The notes below the pieces were generated by a model. It saw only the letters and a program-made list of their open reading frames with translations, was not told the origin of the DNA and ran no database searches. This document shows, one piece after another, positions 28,349 through 38,394 of a DNA stretch of 64,000 bases; positions within the stretch are counted from its first letter, which is position 1; each line of letters opens with the position of its first letter. Position numbers and translations under genes: made by a program. The DNA is from a virus (Duplodnaviria > Caudoviricetes): IMG/VR virus record IMGVR_UViG_2643221939_000004, positions 1-64,000 of that record. One strand, given 5' to 3'.

Positions 28349-29914
28349 ATGGCCCGGTCCTCTCGCATGCGGCTGATGCGTCCGATCAATGGCGGGCCGA
28401 ATGCGCCTATTCCAGGCTCGTTCTCCCCTGGCGCGGGTGGTGGGGTTGTTCCCGTCCTGCCGACGCCGGTTCTTTTGGAAGCCTTCGAGAGCCTCACCGG
28501 CTTCACCATCGGCGGCAATCCCGTCTCCTCGATCGACGCGACGACCAAACTTCGCGGCGCCGGCGCGATCCGGCTGGAAGGGCGCGGCACCGGCACGACG
28601 ATGACGCTGACGAAGTCGGAGGGCACGATCGACCTCGCAGCCGACGACGTTCTGGTCTGGGCGACCCACGTCGAGAAGCCCACGATCGACGCTTATGCAG
28701 CCAACATTCAGATCGAGCGCGGCGGTAACGGCACCTATTACGGGCCTGGCGCGGCGGGCGGGCGGCCCGCCATGCTCTACAACGGCAACCTCGGCACGAC
28801 GGGCTTTCGGTTCGAGGCTGCAACGGTTCCCGAGTTCGGCTGCGCTCTCGGCCCCGCAGTCACGAACGTCCGTGCCCGCGACGACTTCGGCGTGACCGGC
28901 ATTGGCACGGGCCTCAACCCGGTCATTCGTCACGCTGGCCTGTGGAAGACTAAGGCGTTCCCAGGCACGGTCGTCCTGACCAATGACGATGCCATGGCGA
29001 GCTTTCTTGCTAACGTCGCGCCCGCACTGGACGCCGCCGGCATCCCAATGTCGCACTATCTGCCGTGGGAACAGGTTGAGGCTGGCGCCGCGGGCAAGGC
29101 ATCGAAGGCCACATATCAGGCTCGCTACGCCAAGGGCGACGACATCTGCCTCGACGGCCATCCCCTCGACCAGTCGGTCACGACCTATGCCAATCCCGAT
29201 GCTTGGCTCGCCAAGATGGCGGAAGGCGACCAGTGGCTTGTGAACAACGGGTGGACGCGCGGCCGGGGCCACACGACGTTTCCGAACGCCGACAAGGCGA
29301 TCCTGCCAGCGACGAAGATCGTTGCCGCCGTCACCGCAAACGGCACGACCACGCTGGCCGTCACGAGCAAAAGCGCCGGCACCATCGCCAACGGTCAGAG
29401 CGTTTACGGCTACCTCGTTCCCGCGGGCACGGTCGTCGTAAATGCCGCGGATCAGGCCAATCCGATCCTGAACAATCCGATCCCCGCCGGCACGCCGAAG
29501 GTGACGTTCATCGACGAGACCGGCGTCTGGGCCGTTGGTCAGGCGCAGGCCAAGCTCGCCGCGTCCAAGTTCTGGAAGTCCGCGACCACGGGCGTTCGAG
29601 GCTCGGGGCAGGACAATGTCATGTTCACCCGCTTCGGGGTTCCGCAGCCGTTTGACCTCTGGCGCAAGTCGCACACCGACCTGAGCTGGGCTGCGGCACA
29701 GCCCGAATACGATCGCGTCGTGGCGACGGGCGGCACGCTGATCCCGCTGTTCCACGGTTCTTATGCGGGCGCTACGGGTCTCGACACGCCGCCTGAGTTC
29801 TTCACGGCCGGCATGATCCCGTGGGCTGCCCCGCTGGTTGCTGCCGGCAAGCTGCAGTTCCTGACGCTGTCGCAGTGGTGGGCGCGCGACGGCGGCGCGA
29901 CGGTGCCGGCCTGA
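28349..29914 (+). CDS. Polysaccharide deacetylase (NodB/CE4-like) domain protein
   Basis: VVLTNDDA, DGH, IPLFHG; Thr/Gly-rich beta regions. Confidence 0.65.
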   Translation: MARSSRMRLMRPINGGPNAPIPGSFSPGAGGGVVPVLPTPVLLEAFESLTGFTIGGNPVSSIDATTKLRGAGAIRLEGRGTGTTMTLTKSEGTIDLAADDVLVWATHVEKPTIDAYAANIQIERGGNGTYYGPGAAGGRPAMLYNGNLGTTGFRFEAATVPEFGCALGPAVTNVRARDDFGVTGIGTGLNPVIRHAGLWKTKAFPGTVVLTNDDAMASFLANVAPALDAAGIPMSHYLPWEQVEAGAAGKASKATYQARYAKGDDICLDGHPLDQSVTTYANPDAWLAKMAEGDQWLVNNGWTRGRGHTTFPNADKAILPATKIVAAVTANGTTTLAVTSKSAGTIANGQSVYGYLVPAGTVVVNAADQANPILNNPIPAGTPKVTFIDETGVWAVGQAQAKLAASKFWKSATTGVRGSGQDNVMFTRFGVPQPFDLWRKSHTDLSWAAAQPEYDRVVATGGTLIPLFHGSYAGATGLDTPPEFFTAGMIPWAAPLVAAGKLQFLTLSQWWARDGGATVPA

Positions 29915-30681
29915 TGGCCGACATCAAGCCCATCGTCTGGCACAGGGACGAAGAGCCGATCGAGGAGAACGGGCACAAAGGCCGCTTCATCCTGCCGCGC
30001 CCGCAACGGGATCGATGCTCGACGCGCTTTCCGGCGCCTCCGCGCGGCCCTATCGTTCGGGACTTCTCCGTGCGCTTCGGCGACTGCTCGGCCAACGAGG
30101 CCGCGCAATACGCCGCGAACCTGAACGAGGCGCCGCAACGCGCCATGGCGGGCTACGACGACGACCAGTACGACCGACGCCGCTTCGACAAGATGCTCCG
30201 CGCCGCGACGATGCTCAACCTCCTGCCGGACGCGCCGCAGTTCCTGCCCGTCCTTCAGCCGGGCTGGCCCTGGTGGGAGATCTTGATCCAGTGGAATGTC
30301 AAGCCGCTGCTTCTTGGCGGTCGCTGGCGTTCCCCGTCCGCTGCTGTCGGCCGCAAGCGCACCGTGGCCGGCGAGTTCCTGATCTTCGACCTCCGCTGCG
30401 ATCCAGGCGACCCGAAAGAGCAGGGCAAAGAGATCATCCTGCCGATGATCCCCATCGGCCGCGAACAGTATCATTTGGAGATCATGTTCCTGGACGGTCG
30501 CGGCGGCACCGGCTTCTTCCAGGCCAAGCTGAACGGCAAGGTCGTCTGCGAGTATTGCGGCCCGCTCGGCTATGCCGGCTACGGCCAACCCTACTTGGCG
30601 CACGGCATCTACCGTTCGCCGAACTCGCGAGGTCTCACGACTGTCCGGTACGAAGGTCTAGTCGAGGGCATCGCGGCGTAG
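29914..30681 (+). CDS. Putative polysaccharide lyase (jelly-roll type)
   Basis: ILIQWN...LNGKVVCEYCGPLGY...YLAHGIYR. Confidence 0.55.
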   Translation: MADIKPIVWHRDEEPIEENGHKGRFILPRPQRDRCSTRFPAPPRGPIVRDFSVRFGDCSANEAAQYAANLNEAPQRAMAGYDDDQYDRRRFDKMLRAATMLNLLPDAPQFLPVLQPGWPWWEILIQWNVKPLLLGGRWRSPSAAVGRKRTVAGEFLIFDLRCDPGDPKEQGKEIILPMIPIGREQYHLEIMFLDGRGGTGFFQAKLNGKVVCEYCGPLGYAGYGQPYLAHGIYRSPNSRGLTTVRYEGLVEGIAA

Positions 30682-30896
30682 CTCCCTGGGGCACCGTATC
30701 AAGTGCGGTCGCGCCGCGCAGAGTGCTGGTGGGGAACTGCGCGGCGCTCTTGCGGACCGAGGGTCTCCATCCGCTGATGTTTTCTAGCTGAACGCGATGT
30801 CACGTCAACGACTACCAACCGCCACCCCTGCATCATCTGCGGGCTATCCGCTGCCTCCATTCCGTTCCCGACCTGCCACGCCCGTAAGGAGCCCCC

Positions 30897-31103
30897 ATGG
30901 CCTCGACCAACATCACGAACAAGCATGAGGACGCGCTGACCGTCGGCGGCGTGACAATCCAGCCAGGCCGGACGGCGGCGGTGCCCGACTTCGATATCGC
31001 ATCCCAGCCCGAACCGATCGCGACATGGGTGAAGCTCGGTCTCCTCGTGGATGCCGATGCCAAGCCGGCGGCCGAAGAGCCCAAGGGCAAGGCGAAGGAC
31101 TGA
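30897..31103 (+). CDS. Small head-associated protein
   Basis: TAAGGAG RBS; upstream of connector genes. Confidence 0.65.
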   Translation: MASTNITNKHEDALTVGGVTIQPGRTAAVPDFDIASQPEPIATWVKLGLLVDADAKPAAEEPKGKAKD

Positions 31104-31501
31104 TGCCCTACGTCGCCCCGACGCTCGCAGAGTTCCGGGCGCGCTATGCCGAGTTCGCTCCGGTCGGTGACGCGCTCGTGCAGGCGGTGCTCATTGAGGC
31201 GCAGGCGTCCGTCTCTACCTCGTGGGTCGAGCGCGACTATGTCCCGGCCATCTTGCTTCTGACGGCGCACCTCCTCCTGTCTGAGGACGCGATCCAGAAG
31301 GCGCAGGGCTCGGTCTCTTACGGCGATTATGCCGGCCCGATCACGAAGGAGAAGGTCGGGGAGGTCGAGGTCAGCTATGGCGGGGGCACAGCGGCCTCGT
31401 CAGGTGCGTCCGGCGGCTCGGACGACTATTCGTCCACGGAATACGGCAAGCGCTTCCTGAGGCTCCTACGGCTGAACTTCGCCGGGCCGATGGTGGCCTG
31501 A
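31103..31501 (+). CDS. Head-tail connector (DUF4054-like)
   Basis: FRARYAEF, LLTAHLL, STEYGKRFLRL. Confidence 0.8.
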   Translation: MPYVAPTLAEFRARYAEFAPVGDALVQAVLIEAQASVSTSWVERDYVPAILLLTAHLLLSEDAIQKAQGSVSYGDYAGPITKEKVGEVEVSYGGGTAASSGASGGSDDYSSTEYGKRFLRLLRLNFAGPMVA

Positions 31502-31980
31502 TGTTCACGGCGCGGGTGGATCGAAACCAGAAGCTGGATGTCGCTAAGATCGCCGCGCTCCTCAAGGGCCCGACGAAGGTCAAGGTCGGCTTCCCGGCTG
31601 GCAAGGTCGAGAGCGATATTGTCCAGCGCGCGGTCTGGAACGAGTTCGGTACGCGCGGCGGTGCCTCTGGCGGCGGCTGGGGCGGACCGGTGCCGGAGCG
31701 GCCCTTCATGCGCAACACGATGCGCGCGAAAAGAGGGAAGTATCAGAAGTCGATGGCGGCCGGGGCCAGAGCGATCCTTCGCGGCTCGACGGCGATCGGA
31801 GAGGTGCTGCGCGGTCTGGGTGTTTCCGCTCAAGGCGACATGCAGCATGAGATTTCAACCCTCACCAGTCCTCCAAACAGCCCGGTCACGATCAAGCTGA
31901 AGGGCGCCGGCAAGAAGCCTCTGATCGACGAGGGCGACATGAGGACGAGGCTGACCTTCATGGTGGACGATGGCGCTTGA
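31501..31980 (+). CDS. Neck/tail completion protein
   Basis: NEFGT..VPERPFMR, KPLIDEG. Confidence 0.75.
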   Translation: MFTARVDRNQKLDVAKIAALLKGPTKVKVGFPAGKVESDIVQRAVWNEFGTRGGASGGGWGGPVPERPFMRNTMRAKRGKYQKSMAAGARAILRGSTAIGEVLRGLGVSAQGDMQHEISTLTSPPNSPVTIKLKGAGKKPLIDEGDMRTRLTFMVDDGA

Positions 31981-32305
31981 TGTCTCTGCCGCTTTCAATT
32001 CGCGCCTGACCACCGCGGCGACGCACGAGCGCGACGTCGGTGGTGGATACGATGCCGACGGCTATGCCGTGCCAGGCACGACGCAGACGACTGCGATCCG
32101 TGCATCCATTCAGCCGCTCTCGGCCAAGGAATTCGACAACATGCCGGAGGGCCTTCGCGACGAGGCCCAGGCAAAGGTCTTCACCCGGTTCCCGCTCGAG
32201 CCCGCCGATCGCATCATCACAGGGGAGCGCTACAAGGTGCTGTCCGTGGATGATTGGCAGCCTCTCGGCGGATATAGCCGAGCCATCCTCGGGGCGCTGC
32301 GATGA
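31970..32305 (+). CDS. Head closure-like protein
   Basis: ASIQPLS...MPEGLR; position. Confidence 0.65.
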   Translation: MALDVSAAFNSRLTTAATHERDVGGGYDADGYAVPGTTQTTAIRASIQPLSAKEFDNMPEGLRDEAQAKVFTRFPLEPADRIITGERYKVLSVDDWQPLGGYSRAILGALR

Positions 32306-32793
32306 CGGAGAAGGAAGTCCGTGACGCGGTGCGCGCCTGGATCGCCAGCCTCATGGGCATCACCGTCATCCAGTCCTATCAAGGGCAGAAGGAGCCGGCT
32401 GAGCCCTACGGCGTCCTAAACCTGATGCTGGCGGACAGCGTGCGCGAGCTGCCAGCCGCCATGGAGATTACGTCGGTCGGCGCCGGCGAGAACGAGGTCT
32501 TCACCCAGACCACCGCGCACGAATGGTTCTGGCGCTTCTCCGTCAACGTCTATGGCGGGGAAGGCAAGACACTCCTACGCCAGATCAAAACGGCGCAGTT
32601 CTTCGCGAGCACGGCGGAGACGCTGCGCCCGCTGACGCTCTTCGAAACCAGCGCCATCCGCGACGCGGCCGAGATCCTCAACGAGGAATGGCGGGCCCGC
32701 GCGCAGATGGACATCGAGATCCGCGGCATCGTCCGCGACGGCGTGACAGTCGACGTGGTCGACGTGGCGCCGGTCCAGATCACCAAGGCCTGA
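32302..32793 (+). CDS. Tail terminator-like protein
   Basis: Directly upstream of sheath. Confidence 0.65.
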   Translation: MTEKEVRDAVRAWIASLMGITVIQSYQGQKEPAEPYGVLNLMLADSVRELPAAMEITSVGAGENEVFTQTTAHEWFWRFSVNVYGGEGKTLLRQIKTAQFFASTAETLRPLTLFETSAIRDAAEILNEEWRARAQMDIEIRGIVRDGVTVDVVDVAPVQITKA

Positions 32794-32838
32794 AGCCTAT
32801 CCATCGCGGCCGGCGTGCGCGCCATACGAGAGGACGCC

Positions 32839-34002
32839 ATGACAGTCCCCATTTCAAGATTTGTGAACGTGCAGGTCACGCGCAAGGACCGCTTCGCTGC
32901 GATCGAGGGCTTCGGCGTCGCCTTGCTCCTCCAGTCGAAAGCCGTGACCGGCTCGCTCGACGCCACGCGCCGGACGAAGGTCTATGGCGCGATCGAGGAG
33001 GTGGCAGTCGACTTCGTCCCGACCGACGCTTTCTACATCGCCGCCGAACAGGCGTTCGCGCAGCGCCCGCGTCCGCTCCAGATCAAGGCTGGCTTCGTCA
33101 GCCTCACGGCCTACACCGCTGCGGCCACGCCGACGCTGAAGAAGGCTGCGTTTAAGACCGAGCTCGACGCCATCCAGGACTTCGATGAGCAGTGGTACTG
33201 GTCCGATGTCGAGGCCACGCTCCGCGACAGCCCGGCGGCGCAAGGCCTCATCGAATGGGTGCAGGCGCGCCGCAAGATCGCGTCCATCACGTCGAACGAC
33301 GCCGGCATCGAGGATCTCGCGAACACCACGAACATCGCCGCGGTGAACAAGACCAGCGGCTTCGACCGGACGCGCATCTTCTACCACACCGACGCGGCCA
33401 AATACCCCGGCTTTGCCAACGCCGCCAAGCTCGGCAGCTACAACTTCGACGAGGAGGGCGCCGGCTACACCGCCAAGTTCAAGGCAGTCGAGGGGCTCGC
33501 CCCGCTCAACAAGCGATCCTCGGTCGTTCAGGCCATCACCGGATTCGTGCCGGCGCTCGGGCGCAATCCGGCCGCCGGACATCTCGCGGATACCTATGTC
33601 GACACCAAGGGCATCAGCCTGGTGGTGGAAGGCGGCACGCTGAACAAGGACGTCTTCATCGACGAGGTGCACGCCTGCGACTGGCTGGCCGCTCGGATGG
33701 AGGAGGAGGTGTTCAACGCGATGCTCGCGAACAAGCGCATCGCCATGGACAACCCCCGAGGCATGGCGATCCTCGCCGGCGCCTGTGAGGCTGTCATGGT
33801 GCGCGCAGATCGCGCCGGCATCGTCGCCCGGTATCTCGACACGAACGGCGACATTCAGCCGTCCTTCATCGTGACGCCCGGCGACGTCAACGCGATCTCC
33901 GCGGCCCAGCGCAAGCAGCGCATCGCGCCGGCCACCGACGTCACCTTCCGCTATGCCGGCGCGGTCCATTACGCGACCGTCAACATCTCCGTGGAGTTCT
34001 AA
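32839..34002 (+). CDS. Tail sheath protein (DUF3383-like)
   Basis: FIDEVHACDWL, RYAGAVHY. Confidence 0.85.
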   Translation: MTVPISRFVNVQVTRKDRFAAIEGFGVALLLQSKAVTGSLDATRRTKVYGAIEEVAVDFVPTDAFYIAAEQAFAQRPRPLQIKAGFVSLTAYTAAATPTLKKAAFKTELDAIQDFDEQWYWSDVEATLRDSPAAQGLIEWVQARRKIASITSNDAGIEDLANTTNIAAVNKTSGFDRTRIFYHTDAAKYPGFANAAKLGSYNFDEEGAGYTAKFKAVEGLAPLNKRSSVVQAITGFVPALGRNPAAGHLADTYVDTKGISLVVEGGTLNKDVFIDEVHACDWLAARMEEEVFNAMLANKRIAMDNPRGMAILAGACEAVMVRADRAGIVARYLDTNGDIQPSFIVTPGDVNAISAAQRKQRIAPATDVTFRYAGAVHYATVNISVEF

Positions 34003-34005
34003 ACG

Positions 34006-34443
34006 ATGGGCGTGTCCAACCTTCAGACCTCCTACAGCTTCGGCAATGTCACCGCGACACTGAACGGGCGCGAGGTCATCGGCCTCTGGGATGGTGACGA
34101 CTGCATCACTGTCGAGGAGGGCGCCGATATCGGGTCCGGCATTGTCGGCGCCGACGGCTCCACGATCTTCTCTCAGATGGTCGATCGCTCGGCGACGATC
34201 ACGCTCCGAGTCCAGCACCGCTCGCCCATCCATGCGCAGCTGGTCCGCCAGCTCGAGGCGCAGCGTGCCGGGGCTCTCGACGGCATCCCGTTCACGGTGC
34301 GCGATACCGATTCCAACGAGGGCGGCGCCTGCGATAAGGCGCTGATCCGCCAGGCGCCCGGCACCGGCATGGGCAAGCAGGCGACGGTTCGGACCTGGGT
34401 GCTCTGGACCGGAAACTACATGACCCGCGTGCCGAAGGAGTAA
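34006..34443 (+). CDS. Tail tube protein (DUF3277-like)
   Basis: YSF..V, VGADG, ATITL; follows sheath. Confidence 0.8.
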   Translation: MGVSNLQTSYSFGNVTATLNGREVIGLWDGDDCITVEEGADIGSGIVGADGSTIFSQMVDRSATITLRVQHRSPIHAQLVRQLEAQRAGALDGIPFTVRDTDSNEGGACDKALIRQAPGTGMGKQATVRTWVLWTGNYMTRVPKE

Positions 34444-34449
34444 GCCGAC

Positions 34450-34890
34450 ATGGCCGAGAAGAAGATTGCGGGCCGGCTGTTCCGGGTCGACCAGCCGCTT
34501 GCGACCGAGGCGCTTCAGCTTCAGTTCCGCGTCATGAACATGCTCCAGGGATCGACCGACGACCTGCGCAAGGTGTTCGGTGCGATGTCCGGCGCAGAAG
34601 ATGCGGAGTCGGCAAAGAGCATCGGCGCCGGGGAATCGGCGCTGGCGACCATCGCCATCCTCAGCCGGCTTAAACCGCGCGAAGGCACACAGTTCGTGGC
34701 CGACGTCGTCGCGATGGCGAAAATCAAAGGCGAGAATGGCGCCTTCGAGCCAGCGGACGTGGATACCGAGTTCTCGACCGATCCGACCGGCCTCTACGAG
34801 CTCGTCGGATTCGTGCTGAAGACCGTGCTCGGCCCTTTTATCTCCGGCCTCGCGGGCAGTATGAGCCTCGCGATCAAGGCCGGTCGCTAA
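34450..34890 (+). CDS. Tail assembly chaperone (G-like)
   Basis: Between tube and tape measure; slippery site near 3' end. Confidence 0.75.
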   Translation: MAEKKIAGRLFRVDQPLATEALQLQFRVMNMLQGSTDDLRKVFGAMSGAEDAESAKSIGAGESALATIAILSRLKPREGTQFVADVVAMAKIKGENGAFEPADVDTEFSTDPTGLYELVGFVLKTVLGPFISGLAGSMSLAIKAGR

Positions 34891-35081
34891 GCGAGGCGCA
34901 GGTCAAGCGGATCGCGCCAACCGTCAGCGGGAAGATGCTGCTCTACCGGCCCATCATGGCGGAGCCGCCGGCTTACACGCTGGCAGATCTGCGATCATGG
35001 GTGACGCTCGATGACGTTCTGGACGCGAACGAGATGCTCGACCTGAAGGCGGCCATGGCGGAGAAGGCGAGGGAGAAGTAA
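34450..35081 (+). CDS. Tail assembly chaperone GT-like product via -1 frameshift
   Basis: In-frame C CCT TTT at 34833-34839; -1 frame open to TAA at 35079-35081 (…YTLADLRSWVTLDDVLDANEMLDL…). Confidence 0.75.
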
Positions 35082-35109
35082 GAAGGGCGCCACACCTGAG
35101 ACGGAGCAT

Positions 35110-35499
35110 GTGATGATCGCTCGGATTGCAGCTACAGTTCTGATGCTCGCGGTTGGCGCGGTGACGCCGGTTACCGCAGCGCCTGTGAAGACGATTCCAA
35201 GCTTGGACTTCATGGTCGAAGCGCCGAAGTTAATCGGACAACGGGTCAGGATCGAAAACCAGCGGGTTGACGGCCTCAGCTTTCAGGGCGGGTTCCTTCG
35301 GCTTTCTGGTGGATCGGCGCTCTTGCAAGGCCCCTGGTCCGATCGCGAGGACTTCCGGCGGCTGATTCCGGCGTGCGAAAAACAGTGGTTCGACAAGCCA
35401 GAAGACGAGGCCGCTTGCGTCGTAACCATCGAGGGCACGGTGAAAGCGCCTAGCGGCGATTACCCGGTCCTGACGGACGTCGACTTCATCTTTCCCTGA
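35110..35499 (+). CDS. Secreted/periplasmic moron protein
   Basis: Signal peptide MMIARIAATVLMLAVGA; inserted before tape measure. Confidence 0.65.
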   Translation: MMIARIAATVLMLAVGAVTPVTAAPVKTIPSLDFMVEAPKLIGQRVRIENQRVDGLSFQGGFLRLSGGSALLQGPWSDREDFRRLIPACEKQWFDKPEDEAACVVTIEGTVKAPSGDYPVLTDVDFIFP

Positions 35500-35526
35500 G
35501 AGCGGCATCAAGGCGCTCGTGACGAA

Positions 35527-35559
35527 GGCCGACGGGGCTCCCCGCCGGCCCTTTTGTTT
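35527..35559 (+). terminator. Terminator after moron
   Basis: GGCCG.CGGGG..CCCCG.CGGCC hairpin plus T-rich tail. Confidence 0.55.
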
Positions 35560-35570
35560 GGAGCGTTTGC

Positions 35571-37487
35571 ATGATCGTCGACGAGCTGATTGCCGTCCTC
35601 GGCTTCGACCTGAAGGGCGAGGGCGACCTCAAACGCTTTAAGAACGAGCTCGACGGCGCGGAGAAGCAGGCGAACAACTTCGCCGCAGCCTTCACGAAGA
35701 TTGGGCTTGCCGTCTCAGGCGTTTTCGCTGGCCTCGCCGTTGGCAATCAGATCGGCAACTTCGTCGCTAGCATCACGCGAACCTCTGCGGAGTTCGAGAA
35801 GTATCAGGCTACCCTCGAGACGCTTGAGGGCAGCACGGAGAAGGCAAAGGCCTCCCTAGATTGGGTGACAGAGTTCGGCCGCACAACACCCTACGAGGTC
35901 GCAGAGGTCACAGAGGCGTTCGTCCGCCTGAAGTCGTACGGCATCGACCCAATGGACGGGTCCTTGAAGAGCGTCGGCAATGCATCGTCGGCCATGGGCA
36001 AAAGCCTCATGTCGGGCGTTGAGGCGCTGGCAGACGCTGCGACCGGCGAATTCGAGCGTCTGAAGGAGTTCGGCGTTCGGGCGTCCACCGAAAAGGACAA
36101 AGTGACCTTCGCGTGGACGGAGGGCGGCAAGACGGTGGAGAAGACCGTCGCCAAGCAGGGCGACGCCATCACGAGCTTCCTGCGGCAGAACTTCGCGCGC
36201 TTCAACGGCGCGATGGACAAGCAGTCGAAGACTTGGGACGGCATGGTCTCGAACCTATCCGATTCATGGACCGGGTTCCTTCGCCAGATCGGCGAGGCCG
36301 GCTACTATGACGACATCAAGCGCCGTCTGAGCAGCGTTCTTGATACAGTCGATGGCTGGTCGAGCTCTGGGGCTCTGAACCGCGTCGCCGAAGTGATTTC
36401 CAACGGCCTTGTCGGCGCGATGAACACGGCCACGCACCTCGCGACGCAAGCCTACCGGATCGGTCGCGGCTTCTACTATGCTGCCGACGGCGTCATCAGT
36501 CTCTCCAGCCGCATGACCGGACTGTCCAAGACGGCCACCGCTTTTGGTATGGGCGCCGGCCTGATCGCCTCGACGGCGATGGGGCGGAGCGCCATCATGG
36601 CGATTGCGAAGCGCGTCCCGATGGTCGCGGCGTTCCTTGTCCTCGACGATCTGATGTCCGGCCTCGCTGGTGATGACAGCGTTATCGGCAGCCTGGAGGG
36701 CGGGGAGGCCGCGCTTGAGCGCGTCCGCCAGTCGTTTGTTGATGCCTATGCCGCGGCCGAGGGGCTGGCGGACGCCATCAATGGCATCTTCAACGTCTCA
36801 GCCTTGGCAGGCGAATCGCAGATTGATGCCCTCGTTCGGGGTATGAAGGAGTTCGCCTCCACCGAGGCGGTTCGGTTCATCAACGAGATGGCCGACGCTC
36901 TTCGCCAAGTCGGCGAGATCCTGACGTTCGTCTCTGGTGTTCTCAAGAACCCCGAAGGGGCGTTCAAGGCCTTCGCCGATGGGGTGATTGCGCAGATTGA
37001 TCGCATCATCGCAGCGATCGACGAGAAGCTCGGTGGTGCGCTGACGAGGTTCGGTTTCATCGGAGCCCCTTCCGTCGCTCAGCCGAACAAGACGCCGATC
37101 ACCAGCACTGGGAAGACCACCAGAGCTGCAACGCCCCGCATCGCTTTCACTCCGATGGCTGAACTTGAGCAAGACGGGCGCGTCAATGCTGAAGGGATCG
37201 GACAGCAGTTCGGTGTGGACCCTGACAGGTTAGCAAGTGGGTCCGAGATAGTGATGAAAGCCGTTCTTGACATCACCAGCTATCTGAACCCAGCGAACAT
37301 CGCGAAGGCTGCCATGAGCGATTTACAGGCTGGCATCACAGCACGAGCCGATCTCGACATCTCCGCCTTCATGGCGAACGTTTCCACGGCCAAACAAGCG
37401 CTCGCCGGCCTCTCCTCCGCCGGCGCCACCGTTGGCCGTGCAGCGGTGCAGGATCGCGCCGCCGTCGTCGCATCTCCGGGGGGCTGA
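35571..37487 (+). CDS. Tape measure protein
   Basis: TTPYEV, ADAATGEFERLKEFG, TWDGMVSNLSD. Confidence 0.88.
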   Translation: MIVDELIAVLGFDLKGEGDLKRFKNELDGAEKQANNFAAAFTKIGLAVSGVFAGLAVGNQIGNFVASITRTSAEFEKYQATLETLEGSTEKAKASLDWVTEFGRTTPYEVAEVTEAFVRLKSYGIDPMDGSLKSVGNASSAMGKSLMSGVEALADAATGEFERLKEFGVRASTEKDKVTFAWTEGGKTVEKTVAKQGDAITSFLRQNFARFNGAMDKQSKTWDGMVSNLSDSWTGFLRQIGEAGYYDDIKRRLSSVLDTVDGWSSSGALNRVAEVISNGLVGAMNTATHLATQAYRIGRGFYYAADGVISLSSRMTGLSKTATAFGMGAGLIASTAMGRSAIMAIAKRVPMVAAFLVLDDLMSGLAGDDSVIGSLEGGEAALERVRQSFVDAYAAAEGLADAINGIFNVSALAGESQIDALVRGMKEFASTEAVRFINEMADALRQVGEILTFVSGVLKNPEGAFKAFADGVIAQIDRIIAAIDEKLGGALTRFGFIGAPSVAQPNKTPITSTGKTTRAATPRIAFTPMAELEQDGRVNAEGIGQQFGVDPDRLASGSEIVMKAVLDITSYLNPANIAKAAMSDLQAGITARADLDISAFMANVSTAKQALAGLSSAGATVGRAAVQDRAAVVASPGG

Positions 37488-38086
37488 TGACCGCGATTCT
37501 TTTCTCACGCGCCATCGGCCCCGTGCCCATTCCCGTCGTCGTCAGCGAGGCGCCGGAAAGCACGCTCTCCATCACGGAGATCCCTATCGAGGACGGTTCG
37601 GTCATCACCGACCATGCCCATTCCGAGCCGTTTCGGATCACGCTGGAGATCGCGACGCCGACGCTCGCGGCCACCTATGCCGCTCTGGTCGCCTGGCAGA
37701 AGGCGCGGGTGCCGTTCACCTACGTCTCCGGGTTCGCCAAGCACGACAACCTCCTGATCCGGCGCATCGCGGCCGAGCGCGACGTGCGCGTCTCGGACAT
37801 CTTCAGCGGTCGGATTGAGTTGCAGGAGGTGAAGATCGTCTCCTCGGCCACGGCGCCGGGGGACAGTGCGGACGCGGGGCAAAACGGCGGCAACGCCGAT
37901 GCTCGAGGCGGAAAGAAGCAGCCCGGCGGGAAAGACAGTCGTCGGGCTGCAACACCCTCCGCTTCGCGCGCTTCGGACGCGGCAACCAAGAACCGGGCGG
38001 CTGGCACCGTCACGCGCGGCGATGCTCGGACCAACCCCGTCGAGCCGGCGCGTGGTCAATCCCTCCTGAAGCAGTTCCTTGGATGA
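37487..38086 (+). CDS. Baseplate/tail tube initiator-like protein
   Basis: ITEIPIEDGSVITDHA. Confidence 0.7.
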   Translation: MTAILFSRAIGPVPIPVVVSEAPESTLSITEIPIEDGSVITDHAHSEPFRITLEIATPTLAATYAALVAWQKARVPFTYVSGFAKHDNLLIRRIAAERDVRVSDIFSGRIELQEVKIVSSATAPGDSADAGQNGGNADARGGKKQPGGKDSRRAATPSASRASDAATKNRAAGTVTRGDARTNPVEPARGQSLLKQFLG

Positions 38087-38394
38087 TCGAGATCCCTGTC
38101 ATCGACGCGCCGGACCAGGAACTGTCCGTCGTCCTGTCGGATCGGCGCTGCACCTTCCGGCTTCGCTACAACCAGACATCCGATCGCTGGGCTTTCGATC
38201 TGGCGCTGGATGACCAGCCAGTGCTCTGCGGCCGGCGAATCGTGGTTGGCCGCGACCTTTTCGAGGGGCTTGGCCTCGGACTCGGCATCCTCTTCGCGCT
38301 CGGCGGAGACGACCCAGGCCGCGATGCTTTCACGACCGGCAGCGTCCGGCTCTACCACGCGGGTCTCGCCGATGTCGCAGTTCTATCTCCGTAA
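38083..38394 (+). CDS. Small baseplate protein
   Basis: LRYN...W.FDL; position. Confidence 0.65.
   Translation: MIEIPVIDAPDQELSVVLSDRRCTFRLRYNQTSDRWAFDLALDDQPVLCGRRIVVGRDLFEGLGLGLGILFALGGDDPGRDAFTTGSVRLYHAGLADVAVLSP

Noticed and set aside
26594-29755. 1053-aa minus-strand ORF
   Set aside because: Antisense shadow of the capsid and deacetylase genes in GC-rich DNA; no recognisable motifs
30682-30896. Hairpin GCGCCGCGCAG...CTGCGCGGCGC downstream of the lyase-like gene
   Set aside because: Single GC-rich stem with no recognisable ncRNA features
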